From the NCBI RefSeq assembly GCF_036321535.1, contig NC_087436.1:83950001-84014000 (forward strand): a stretch of DNA of 64,000 nt. Direction: 5' to 3'. The position numbers and the translations under genes are program-made. Under the pieces are notes generated by a model. That model ran no database searches. It worked only from the letters and a program-made list of their open reading frames with translations, and had not been told where the DNA came from. The stretch comes from Camelus dromedarius. Its lineage: Eukaryota. Of the stretch, positions 51,806 to 63,433 are shown piece after piece; position 1 is the first letter of the stretch, and every line of letters begins with the position of its first letter.

Positions 51806-52833
51806 TGTAGGAGAGGAAAAAATTTTCCTCAACCCCATTAGGGTTTCTGGCTAGGTCTGCAAATTAAACTGACAGAGATAGATTAACAGGAAAAGATGAT
51901 ATATATGTATTTAACATAAGTTTTATGTGACACATGAAGACCTAAAGAAACAGTTAGGTCTGGATATTTTTGTGCAAGATTTCATGAGGAGCAGGAGGTC
52001 ATGTATGGAAACAACCTAAATGTCCATTGACAGATGACTAGATAAAGAGGTTGTGGTATATTTACACATTGGAATACTACTCGGCCATAAAAAAAAGAAT
52101 GAGATAATGCCATTTGCAGCAACATGGATGGACCTGGAGATCATCATACTAAGTGAACTAAGTCAGACAGAGAAAAACAAATATCATATGATATCACTTG
52201 TATGTGGAATCTAAAAAAAATGGTACAAGTGAACTTATTTACAAAATGGAAATAGACTCACAGCCATAGGAAACAAACTTATGGTTACCAAACAGGAAAG
52301 GGAGGAGGGATAAATGAAGAGTTTGGAATAAGCAGATACTAACTACTATATATAAAATAGACAACAGGGACCTACTGTATAGCACAGGGAACTATATTCA
52401 ATAACTTATGATAACCTATAACAAAAAAGCATATGAAAAAGAATTATAATGTATAGCTGAATCAGTATGCTGTACACCAGAAACTAACACATTGTAAATC
52501 AACTATACTTAAATTTTAAAAAGAGTAGAAGGTTATGGAGGAGTATGAGAGGTTAAGGAATATGAGATAAGTGTGGTAAACTGGGGAAACTTAGCAAGGC
52601 CTGTTTGTGTGCATTCTTCTTGGCGGACCCCTGTCTTTGGAGATAAGGATGCTTCTTTCCTCTGGGTACAAGGAGGGCATCTCTCACATGACGATTTATG
52701 ATCTGTGTCAGAGGAGAAGGGGTGAGTGGGTTGAGGGGGGAAGTCAGAGTAACCTTCCTGCTTCTGCTGTTTTCTCAAATCCCTTCAGCTTAAAATATTC
52801 AATATGCCACGATGCTGCATTTTAATCCCATCA
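51806..52833 (-). mobile_element. ERV1-like solo LTR split by the L1 at 52004-52522
   Basis: TG...CA termini; 'cagcttaaaatattcaatatgcca' resembles the MER34-like start in antisense; the two halves join across the L1 TSD. Confidence 0.65.
52004..52522 (+). mobile_element. Cetartiodactyl-type L1 3' end
   Basis: 'gcaacatggatggacctggagatcatcatactaagtgaa'; TSD-like GAGCAGGAGGTCATG (51989-52003) / GAGTAGAAGGTTATG (52523-52537). Confidence 0.9.
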
Positions 52834-52999
52834 CCTATAAAGAATTTGAATACTAAAATGAACAGATTAATTATCCATATCCATGTCTATTTCTGTACAT
52901 GACAAACAGAGACTACAGGTTCTTTATGGCTTTTATGGCTTTGGGACATTTACAAAAATTACTCATGTCCTTGAAAACTACTAGAAGACTTTAATGAGG

Positions 53000-53240
53000 T
53001 GCTGGGGTAGTGGCCTGGGGTGGGGGGGAGCAGACATAGGAGTTGTGTCCTGGCTTGGGTCTGTCACTTTTGCTCACTTGCTATATAAACTCCTCCTCTC
53101 TAAGCCTTGGTTGATTGTGAAAATGGGATAAGACCTACTTGGCAGAAATGCTGCATGTGATAACGAGGAAATGCTTTATGCAAGACCTAGCATGATGCCC
53201 AGCACATTTTGGCATTTAGCAAATCGTAGTTACTGTTACT
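53000..53240 (+). mobile_element. MIR SINE
   Basis: 'ctctctaagccttgg...gtgaaaatgggataa...tagcatgatgcccagcaca'. Confidence 0.65.
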
Positions 53241-55289
53241 AATAACTGAGAATTGGGATAATATGGAACTTAGATAACGTGCAAGGAGATAGACTATAAA
53301 GCCTTTCTAGATTTCTCCTTCTATTGAGATAACCTTGCAAATAAATTCTACAGGTTCACAATGGAAGGCAGCAATGAAAGATGGTAAACAAGACCTAAGA
53401 AAGAGTATTTGAACTCTTTAAAATAGTTAAGAACCATCACTGATGAGACAAACTTTAAAATACATGTTTTCTTGCACAGCATGCATTTCAAAATTACCTA
53501 TCACTGACACGTTAGAATGTTTTATAAATGTATTAATTTCACATTATTGACACATTAGTGGCATTAGAAGATCGAATATTCTTCTCTAATAACTAACTGT
53601 CTGGCAGGAAGTGATTTGGGTGATGGGAAAACTCAGGTTGAAACTGTCTTTAAGAGTATTAAATATCCTTAGTTAAAGTACTTGAAGCTATATTAAATTG
53701 TTTCATAATTATTTAATAGTTCTAATCTGCTTTTTTTTAAATGGGTGAGTTTTAGTGCAGCTTATTGAAGTGAATTCTCAGTAATTAACACAGAGACAAA
53801 AGGTAAGATGGCTGAACAAGTCAGAGGATTTCAGGGAGACCGTGGCATCACAGTCATCCTCTTCTCTTTGTCCTAAGCAGTGAATCACCAGCACAGTCTG
53901 CTCGTTTTGGGGAAGGCAGGAAAAGCAGGGTAGGGTGGACGAGTTTATTGCTTTGCTTCCTTTGATATCTCCAGCACCAAGCACTGAATGAAGCACATTG
54001 TGGACGTGTTAGCGAAATACCTGCTAAAGGCATGAATAAATACAAGGACAAAGACTAGGCAAATCCTAAGGACACAACTCCTAAGGTCGTGTCAGTAAAC
54101 ACGGAGCCCCTTCTCCACCTCTCTTCCCTTTTCCCATCAGCCAGGGGTTGAAGGTCCTCCTGCTGAATCTCACATCTCCATCAGCTGGGTCTCTGAAACT
54201 TGCTTCATAACTATTGTGATGCAAATTTTCTGTCCTCTTGCCACAAAAGTTTTTTTTTTCCCCTTGATCTTTACTCCAGACCTTTTCCCTGTTCTCTGCT
54301 GTTTGAGCTTCCCACGCAGAGAAAGTACCATCAGCATTTCAAACAGAGATATCAATATTAACCCAAAAGGGAGAATTACAGGATTTCTTTTCCACATAGG
54401 ATCGTTCAGGATCCTTGAGCAAGCTGCTGTACTAAGAAACTGAGAAGGCTGCCTTGCTAAAAATCACTCCTCCGTTGGTCACATTATTTGTTTATGGCGC
54501 CTGCCCCAAGTGGACAAGTAACTGAAGTTCCGACAAGAAACCTGACTGATGAAAGCCAGAGTTTCTCAGCATTGCTAAGAAATGCTCCTCTTTCATCTTC
54601 AGGCAAAGAAAGACAATCTATGAAAGAATATTCACTTTTACATGCTAGTTATTGATGTAAAATAATGTACAGTAATACAAATTGCTTCATAGAGTTAGTT
54701 GTCTGTAAGGATAACACCTTGGGGGATTTAAGGAGAAGTCTTGCAAATTGGCAGGCAAGTTGAGACAGTTCTCTCTCTCCCCAGCTTGGCTCAATCCTGA
54801 TCCCACCAAGCAGCTGTCTTTCCTAAGCATCACCCACTTTGATTTGCCAAATGCCTTTCTTAATCATCTGGTGCCACCAGATGTCAGAATTCCCTGCTGC
54901 TATCTCAAGTACTGATAGTCTTTCACTTGTGGTAAATATAGCTCGTGTTGATTCAGTTGGCTTTTTCTCTGAACAGCTGGATTGGTAGCAGAGGGGCTTG
55001 GGAAAGAGGCTGAACAGGTACTGAGAGTCCTGAGAGACTTGGTCACAGATGGAAGAGGGGGCACCTGGAAGAGCCTGAACCACGACAAAGCTTGCATCTT
55101 AGGCAAAATTTCCCTGTAAGATGGAATCTTTCCCCCCACCCTCCATTTCCAGATATGTTTTGTCTCTGCTTGCAGGATGATACAGAAGTCTGATACTTAG
55201 CTACTGTGTCCCTTTATTGCAAATTACTACTATAAAGATGTCAATCACAAACCCTTACTTTCTTAGCAGGGTTTGCCTGGATTGTCTAC

Positions 55290-55475
55290 TGCCCCAGTTT
55301 TCAGTGCCTGGTTCTTGGATGACCTAGATCAGCATCACCTGGGGCACCTGTGAAAAATGCAGTTTTCAGGGCTTTTTCCTGGTGATCTGAATCAGAATCC
55401 AAGTCCTGAGAGCCAACATTTTAAACAGGCTTCCTGAGTAATTCTAACACACCTAAAATCTGAAACTACATGCTT
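55290..55475. mobile_element. MER5A-like element
   Basis: 'cagcatcacctggggcacctgtgaaaaatgcag...ctgaatcagaatc'. Confidence 0.75.
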
Positions 55476-56382
55476 AGATGAAGTTCTGTGAAGTTAGGAT
55501 GCACGTCTGTTTTACTTCCTACACTATATTTGGCACATAACACAATATCTGGGAGGCAATTGTGTTTTATTTTATTTATCAAATAAAATATCCAGTGAAA
55601 TCCCAAATACTGACTTCATTTTGCTTTTGAGAATCCTTCTAAATAACAGAAAAATAAATATACTATGTTCTTTAAAGCAAGAGAGATAATCTTGTTTCAT
55701 AGATATATCCAACTTTTGCAAGATGGCTGCTGAGACTAGCTTATCTTGCCAGTTTTTGCAAGTGTTTTTCAATTTACATCACTGGGCAACTTTACAGCTG
55801 TCATGGCTTTGCTGTCATAATGTTACAAATTGATGGGACATTAGTGTTGGGTCTTCCCAAAGCAAGAGATGCTGGCTGGCCATCCTATGGAGCAAGGCTC
55901 TGGTGTCAGCCATAAAGGGACATGTGTGTAGTAAAGAATTCTATTGGGAGAATTAAAAGTTGAGACTTTCAACTCAGTCCTTCAGATAATTCAACAGCTC
56001 CTTCAGGTCTGTGTTTTATAGAAAAAATTAAGTTGAGGGGCAGGAATGTAGTTTCAACAAGAAATGCTTTGGTCATGATTTTAACCTTAACTGGCTGACC
56101 TCCAAGAAGAGTAATCAATCTAATCTCCAGATTTGTGATCTACGCAACTTGTTTATAGTTACTTTGTCTTTCAGCTCTAAACATGTAAAATACAGCTGAA
56201 GTGATAATGGTAAAATACTAAGGGCAAGGCTGGAAAAAAAAAAAAACGAAAACAGAAGCTTGTGGGCATCCCTGGCTAGAGATTAATTTTGAACTGTTTT
56301 GTATGAATATTCTCGAAGTTTTTAAAGTAACTAAAATTAATTGAGGACTTACTTGCACCAGGCTCTGTTCTATGTGTGTTTT

Positions 56383-58031
56383 TGTGTGTGTTTAATTTTT
56401 TTTAATTGAGTTGTAGTCAGTTTACAATGTTGTGTCAATTTCTGGTGTACAGTACAATTCTTCAGTCATACATGAATATACATATATTTGTTTTAATATT
56501 CTTTTTCACTGTGAGCTAGTACAGGATATTGAATATATTTCCCTGTGCTGTACAATATAAAGTTGTTTGTCTATTTTATATATACCTGTCAGTATCTGCA
56601 AATCTCGAACCCCCAGTTTATCCCTTCCCACTCCCTCCCCTGTAGCAACCACAAGTCTGTATTCTATGTCTGTGAGTCTGTTTGTTTTATATATACGTTC
56701 ATTTGTCTTCATTTTTTAATTTTTTTAGATTCCACATATGAGTGATATCATATGCTATTTTTCTTTCTCTTTCTGGCTTACTTCACTTAGAATGACATTC
56801 TCCAGGACCATCCATGTTGCTGCAAATGGCATTATGCTGTCACTTTTTAGAGCTGAGTACTGCCCTGGCTATTGAATGGGGCCTCCATTTTATTTTGTGG
56901 TTGTCCCTGCTCCTACCCCCGCCCTGCTGTGTGAACTCTGCTCGCTGGTTCCAGAGGCCCTCTGGTCCCACCCCTGGTTTCTGCTGCTCCCAGTGCTGGT
57001 AGGCAGGTGGGTCGTGCCCATTCCCTACACAGCAGTCGGACTCATGCAAGGTAGGGGCGCGGGTAGCTCTCCCGCTCCGTGCAGATCCCCGGTCCAGGTC
57101 GGGTCCGTGCTCCTTAGGCAGCTTGGAGAAAACGGCCAACCAGCCCTCACCCCTGCTCTATGCCGGAACTCTGCTCCTTGTTCATTTGTCTTAGAGGTGA
57201 GAGTTCACAGAGGCACCAGGGCAGAATGTTCCTATCCGCCTGGGGCTGTAAACAAGGCTCAGTCCCGTCTATGAGGTTGCTGAGCCCCCAGGTACAGATT
57301 CAGGTTTTGACCCCACCTCCATCTGGGAGCTGCGGACAGGAGGATAAGGCGGCTGTGGTTGAGCCCTGCCTCTCTTCCCCAAGAACATGCCAGTAATGGT
57401 GCCATGGTCTGTGGAGATAAAGGCTATGGCGCCCCTCCCCCCAGGGCACACCAGCAGGGTTGCTTTGCTTTTTTTGTTGTTGTTGTTGTTGTGTTTTATG
57501 GGAGACCCAGGTTGTTCTGCTCTGTATACCCTCCCAGCAATGGCGCACGGCACACTGCAGTCCCCCAAGGTTGCTTCTGTACAGCCGGCCCAAGTCCTCA
57601 GCCCGGCTCGGGCAGTCTGTCCTGTCCCATACCTGCCGGTTCGCGGCCAGGGCTAGTAGTAGTGGGGACCCTTTATGCCCATTTAACTTAGTTCTGTTGG
57701 TCAAGGGCTATTCTGTAAGATCCGAGCCTCGGAAGTTCCCCCTCCATCCAGCTGACCTCTCTGTTGGAGAGGGGAAGACCCAGCGATCAAGCACTATTCC
57801 TCCTTTGCTGCTCCCTCCCCATGGGACGGGTCCTGCACTACTTTCCTTTTTCTTCCTTCTTTTCTCCTACCAGATTAATGGTGTATTTTGTCTTTTGAAG
57901 AAGGTAATGTTCTGTCAAAGTTCAGCAGGTGCTCTGGTTTGATGAGTGGGTCTGTGGGTGTCACTCTTGGTGTACTTGTGGGCCAGGGTGAGCTACGAGC
58001 GTCCTTCTACTCTGCCATCTTGGCCCTTCTT
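56383..58031 (-). mobile_element. Internally deleted L1: 5' UTR (58031-56860) fused to the 3' end (56859-56383), with no ORF1 or ORF2
   Basis: Minus strand starts AAGAAGGGCCAAGATGGCAGAGTAG (L1 5' terminus); GC/CpG-rich UTR; abrupt join to an L1 3' end; poly(A); TSD TGTTCTATGTGT at 56366-56377 and 58032-58043. Confidence 0.85.
58014..58022 (-). promoter_or_regulatory. YY1 site of the L1 internal promoter
   Basis: CAAGATGGC about 10 nt from the element's 5' end, the established position in mammalian L1s. Confidence 0.7.
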
Positions 58032-59399
58032 TGTTCTATGTGTTTTATGAGTATTGATTTATTTAACTCTAACATACCTATGCAGAATGTTCTGCTCTTT
58101 TCAGATAGGGAGTAAAGGCAATGAGAGATTAAATCACATGCTCAGCATCATATGCCTTCTCTGTAGCCACGTGACCCAGCAGAGATTCCTCAGTTACTCC
58201 GAGTTCCAAGTTCCACCGCTCCAGCAAAGGACAGAGAAGGAGTCTCTTGGGAGGCATTTCCACTAACTAATCCTCTAGGAACCAAAATGAAGTCCTGCAG
58301 CTCATTTGCCTCATCCTCCTAAAATCAAATGTTACTCCAGCATGCTCTCATTTTTTTGGAGGCGGGCAGAGTTCCTCCACCAATTCCGCAATGAGCTTTC
58401 TGCAGTATTCCTTTCATTCTACCTACAACGTGTGGAGACAGCTTCTGGTCAGTACAGTCTTCCTCATTCCCTAAAATGGCCAGTGGTGCTTTCAGAAGCA
58501 GTCCTGTATGCTTGCAGAGTAGTCCTCTGTGCTGAACTAGAAAGCTAGGTCCCCAGAAGAAAAGCATTTAAACCTAATAGCCCTCAGAGTCAAGCCAAAC
58601 TTGAGACATTTTGATGCCAAACCTTAATCTTAGTGGGCAACAAGGAATACTAAATTCAGCTCCTGCTCCCTCTTCCCTTCCTGCCTAATGGAAGGACAGG
58701 AGAATTATTTTGGCTTGACGTGGCTGCAGACCATTAATATATTATTTCTCCTAATTAGCCTATTTAGTTAGAGATTTACTAACTAAGAGAATTAGGGTTC
58801 CTAACAGTTGATATCCACAAGAAGTATGCCAAGGAGAATACAGCCAAGCAGAGAAGTCTGCCACCATCCCTCCTGCACATAAATCGGAGCTTTAAGATAT
58901 AGTGATTACAAAATGTGCAACTGACAAACATTATACTTGCAGTCTAAGAGGTTTGGAAAAAAACCTCAGTTAGCTCCAATTTTAAACATGATTGCACTGA
59001 TTTACATACATGTCTGGCATTTCCCATACTCCCTAAGATGTATCTGAAAAAAATCTATTTTCCTAAGAAGGTTTGGTTTTCTGGAAAAACACAGTTCCAC
59101 ACACACTACAAAACTTTACTAAAATACCAATTGCACGCTTAAAGTCTTGATCTGGTAATCTGACTCTCCTAGAAGAATCTACTTACCATGTATATTTCTC
59201 ATAACAATAGCCAACCATGTGTGTTTGGAAAGTAGCAAGCAGTTACCTCTGTTTGGAGGTGCTGTGCCTTTAGTTTCCTGAGAAGCCTAGGTACTACCTG
59301 GTAATAATGTGCTTGTAACTATGTTAAATACCATTACAGAAATTTCAATCTGCTTTATACTGAGAATTGATTTTTAAATATCCTGCATAAGAAGTAGTA

Positions 59400-60090
59400 G
59401 TAGACACTCGAGAATTATGATGTAGCTTGCTTTAATCTATACTGAGTACCTACCATATACTAAGCATTGCATAATTTGCTGTGCTTCCTATACTAAACTG
59501 AGGTATATATAGTCTAGTCCCAGCTCCTAAAGAGTTCGTGGTTTAGCAAGGGAAACAGACCCATATAAATAAAGGGGTTTAAGAGGATATAAAGGAAAGC
59601 ATCAGAGGATGCTGCACTTAAGTAGGGTTTTGAAGGATGAATTTGTGTTCTCTAGTTATACCTGAGGAAGAAAGAGGAGGGATCAAAACATTCCAGGTAG
59701 AGGAATGGCCTGAGTCAGTCATGGTGATGGAGAGGAATCCCACAAAGCAAAGGCTGAGGAGACTCAGAAGGAATTCTTGGGGGTGGAAATCTAGAAGAGG
59801 AAACTTCAATGTCTTGAACGCCATGCTAACCAAGTTCAGACCTAACTTGGAGGCAATGGAGAAACACTGAAGGTTTGTACTTGGTAGAGTGACACGATCA
59901 CATCAGGGTTTTAGAAGGATTACTCAGGTGGCAGTGGGCAGCGGGAATGCTGGTAGTTATTCCTGGAGACAAAATCAGCACTTAAGGGATTTTTGGAATA
60001 GCTTGTGGGGGAGACCATGTTGAACAGAAGCAAAGTGTGTGTAATGAGGATGGAAAGGAGAGGAGAAATTTGAGAGATGTTGAATTCCAG
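59400..60090 (-). mobile_element. L2 fragment
   Basis: 'actgagtacctaccatatactaagcattg', 'ggcaatggagaaacactgaaggttt', 'gttttagaaggattactc'. Confidence 0.75.
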
Positions 60091-60974
60091 TCATGTAAAT
60101 CAGTAGATTCTCAAGGTTTTTGTTTATTTTTTAAAGCATTTGAATCTGCCACTTCTCTAAGAAAACCATCTGAAATACTTATGTATAAAATATGAAAGTT
60201 GTATTTGGTTAATAAATGTAATATGTAAGTTCAAGTATGTATTTACTTGTAATAAACGCAATTACTGAAATCAATGTATTAGCTCATTAGTTAGGGCAAA
60301 TTTGCTAATAAAATCTATTTACGGTTAAGAATCACTGCACTTTATCAGCAACAATGTACAACTTATTACATTTTTAGTTGTATATACTGGATTCATGAAA
60401 GTAAGTAGTTATAAGGGTAAATGATCATCATTAAAAAAGATTACTTTAAAATAGCAGATACTCCTCAGCTGAATTGATCTGGAAGTGTGAAATAGAAGTA
60501 TCTGGTATATGTTTGTATCAAAATTATATCACCAATATATAATAATGTTTGCATTCCCTATAATGTGAACATCTGAAAAGGAACACCTAAAGTGTAAATG
60601 TATTAAGTTATCTATGACATTAAGGCATTGCATTGTGATATATTATGCATTCTTATTGCACAATTGATTTTTTTCTTGGCCAGGAGAACTACAGCCCCTA
60701 AGCTAGTGCTCCTAAATCTTGCCAGCATATGGTTGAGACTAGCACACACATGCTTTAGTAATGAACTCACTTACACAATTTTATGTGAGCAGACCTAAGC
60801 AGGTTTGATTTCCAGAAAAGGTACTTGTGTGTGTGTGTGTATGCATGTGCACAAGCACATGGTATGGCAGAAGTGCCACAAAAGGAATTCTAACCACCAA
60901 CGTATCTTAATATATCAGTAATCACCAATATGTTAAAGTATGGCATATGGCGTATATAGAGCTATATAAAAATA

Positions 60975-61152
60975 CAAGTTGACCCTTGAACAATGTAGGG
61001 GGGTTAATTTATAGCTGACCTCTGTGGTTCGCTCCACATCCGCAGATTCAACCAACCCTGAACCTTGTAGTATTGTAGTGCTTACTATTGAAAAATATCC
61101 TCATGTAAGTGGACCCGCACAGTTTCATCTTGAGTTGTTCAAGGGTCAACTG
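60975..61152. mobile_element. Tigger2-derived MITE (MER8-like)
   Basis: Perfect 17-bp TIRs AGTTGACCCTTGAACAA (60977-60993) / TTGTTCAAGGGTCAACT (61135-61151); TA target duplication. Confidence 0.9.
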
Positions 61153-61552
61153 TATACAAATCATGGGATTTGTTTTAAACATTTCCCCTGAACACAATTT
61201 GAAAGCCATGGCCTAGATTATTCTATTTTATGATTAACCACATGTTGGCCATGATAACATTTGAAGAGCCTTTAATTTCTTTTTCCGCATCAGGTTAAAT
61301 TGTTACCTAAAGTTTGTACTCTAGGAAAGAAATGATTTTTGTGTAAAACCCTTTGTGTAAAATGGCTTGAAATACATTTGCCTGTGAAGTTCCTGCTTTA
61401 TTCTAGCTGGGGGAAAAGGAAAGTTACTTACTGAGCGTATCAGCTAGGATTCTTACATTTTGTAGAATGCGGATACTTCAAGGATCTGTAATGAGAACTT
61501 AGTGCTCAGTGGACAAACCTCATTCAGGAAAACACCGCTGGGTATCCTCTAT

Positions 61553-61746
61553 GTTGGTGGTTCTCTATTTCGACTGACCACTGGATAATCCAGGAAAGCT
61601 TTTTTAAAAATCCCAATGCCCCAATGCCTGGCTTTCTCCCCTGCTCTGCAATTGTGACTTAATTTGTATGGGGTGAGTTTCGGGGATTGGTATTTTCAAA
61701 AAGTTCCTTGGGGAGTCTAACGTGAATTCAATGTTGGAAAGCCACG
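61553..61746. mobile_element. MER5-like element
   Basis: 'gtggttctc...tgacttaattt...ttggtattttcaaaaagttcc...gttggaaagccac'. Confidence 0.65.
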
Positions 61747-62812
61747 TCTATCTGGCAGGGCTTATTTTGGGTACCAGAAGAAGAAAGATTATTGATGTCT
61801 CCAATGGGAAAGGAAAATAAAGGATAATTTAACATACTGTGTTAAGTGCTAAAGAAGAGACAATATAGAAAGTACTATATGGAATTAATAAATAAGTAGT
61901 TGAATCTGATGCTGAGCTCCTTCTGATAGACGAATAGTAATTATAATGTTGGCAAAGTGTAGAGAGGCTTTCCGTGGCTTCCTGGAATTGATGATGGTTG
62001 AGTTGGAAGTAGGGTTCTCTCAGCAGGGAAAAAGTGATGTGAATAAAAGTGTAAGGCCATGAGATATAGGGAGTCATCCTCTGCTTCTGACAGTGGACAA
62101 AGATGCTCAGGCACTTTGGCGGTCACCTGACTCATTTCCTGATCCTGAGCACAACTTCCCAGAACAGATCCCTGATCTCCCTTTTGTGGTACCCTGTGTG
62201 TACTGGGAGGCCTGGGTCTTAGAAGTAAACTCGTATGCTGAGAGAGAGCACTAACCCTTTCAGATAATCATGCCCAAGGAGACATAATTTCATAAATGGA
62301 ATTTATATAGCTTGAAAAGTTAATGCATCTTCCAAAGTGAGCATCTTAGTCACTTCTCAAGAGCAGGGTAAAACATAAAGCAGAGAATTCTTTCCCCCCA
62401 CGAGGTCTGATAAAGCAAATCACCTACATGGAAAGACACTATTTTTGCCTGAGAGATTGGAGCACCTGATGAGTCATAAATCAATAAAAACATAGCCATA
62501 AGCTATTTAGTGATTCATTCGTTACTTATGTCTAAAATAAGCTTCCAGCAGAAGAGCATTTTACTTATACCCTCAGATTCTGCTCTAAGACGCACCCATA
62601 GAAAAACCTAGGGTCAAATCATGCCTTTGACTGCTAGGATAAAATTCCCATTGACGCAAAACCTCAGGAAATCTGTGGTTTGCAGAAGAAAGGTAACAAT
62701 ACCTATCTCACTGCTTCCATTTGAGAAAGCTTTTAGACTTTCTTTTCTGTAACTAAATGAAATTGGATTTTACTTTTCATACTTTTTTATTTTTGAAAAG
62801 AAGTTTACTAAG

Positions 62813-63433
62813 TGTGGCAAACTGTATTTTCCAAAAATGGCCAAAGCAATATTCTCAGGATCAGCTGTTTGCCCTTTGCCATTTCCCCATCAAGAGGAAG
62901 AATCTATCTACTTCTCTTCCCTTTGAAACCTGGCAGACCTTTGTGACTGCCTAGATGAAAAGAATGTGTACAAGTGACTTTAGCGTGTCTGTTTCTCTTC
63001 TCCCTTGAACTTGGGTGGAACTTTGTGACTGCCCAAATGATTGCAATGCATGGAAGTGATGCTTCTGAAGGTCAGTTATGAAAAGTGATACAGCTTCCAT
63101 CTGGCTGCCTCTCTTTTGGAATGCTTGCCCTAAAAATCCAACCACCATATTGTCAGGAAGCCCGGGCCACATGGAGAGGCCCTGTGCAGAGGTCCTGGTA
63201 GGCAATCCCAGCTCAGGTCCCAGTCAACAGCTAGTGCCAAGTGACAGACATGGGTGTGAATGAATCTTTAGATGATTCCAGACCCCAGCCTTGGAGCCAC
63301 CCCAGTTGGAGCTGAGTAGAGCAGGGTCAAGATGCCACCCCCCCCCCATAAACTACATATTTGGGAACAAAATTCATCAGTTTAAGTCACTAACTGTTGG
63401 CATTTTTTAACACCGTGGTAGATAACTGGAACA
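62813..63433 (+). mobile_element. MaLR solo LTR (MLT1F/G-like)
   Basis: 'tgtggcaaactgtattttccaaaaatggcc...gccacatggagaggcc...agatgattccag...gataactggaaCA'. Confidence 0.8.

Larger units (their letters stand above)
56335..58160 (-). mobile_element. MIR SINE split by the L1 derivative (halves about 56335-56382 and 58047-58160)
   Basis: 'ttgaggacttacttgcaccaggctctgttcta' continues after the TSD as 'ttatttaactct...cagatagggagtaaaggcaatgagagattaa'. Confidence 0.7.

Noticed and set aside
56814..57942. Cluster of overlapping 60-160 aa ORFs
   Set aside because: Expected from the high GC content of the L1 5' UTR; no ORF1-like or other recognisable domain.
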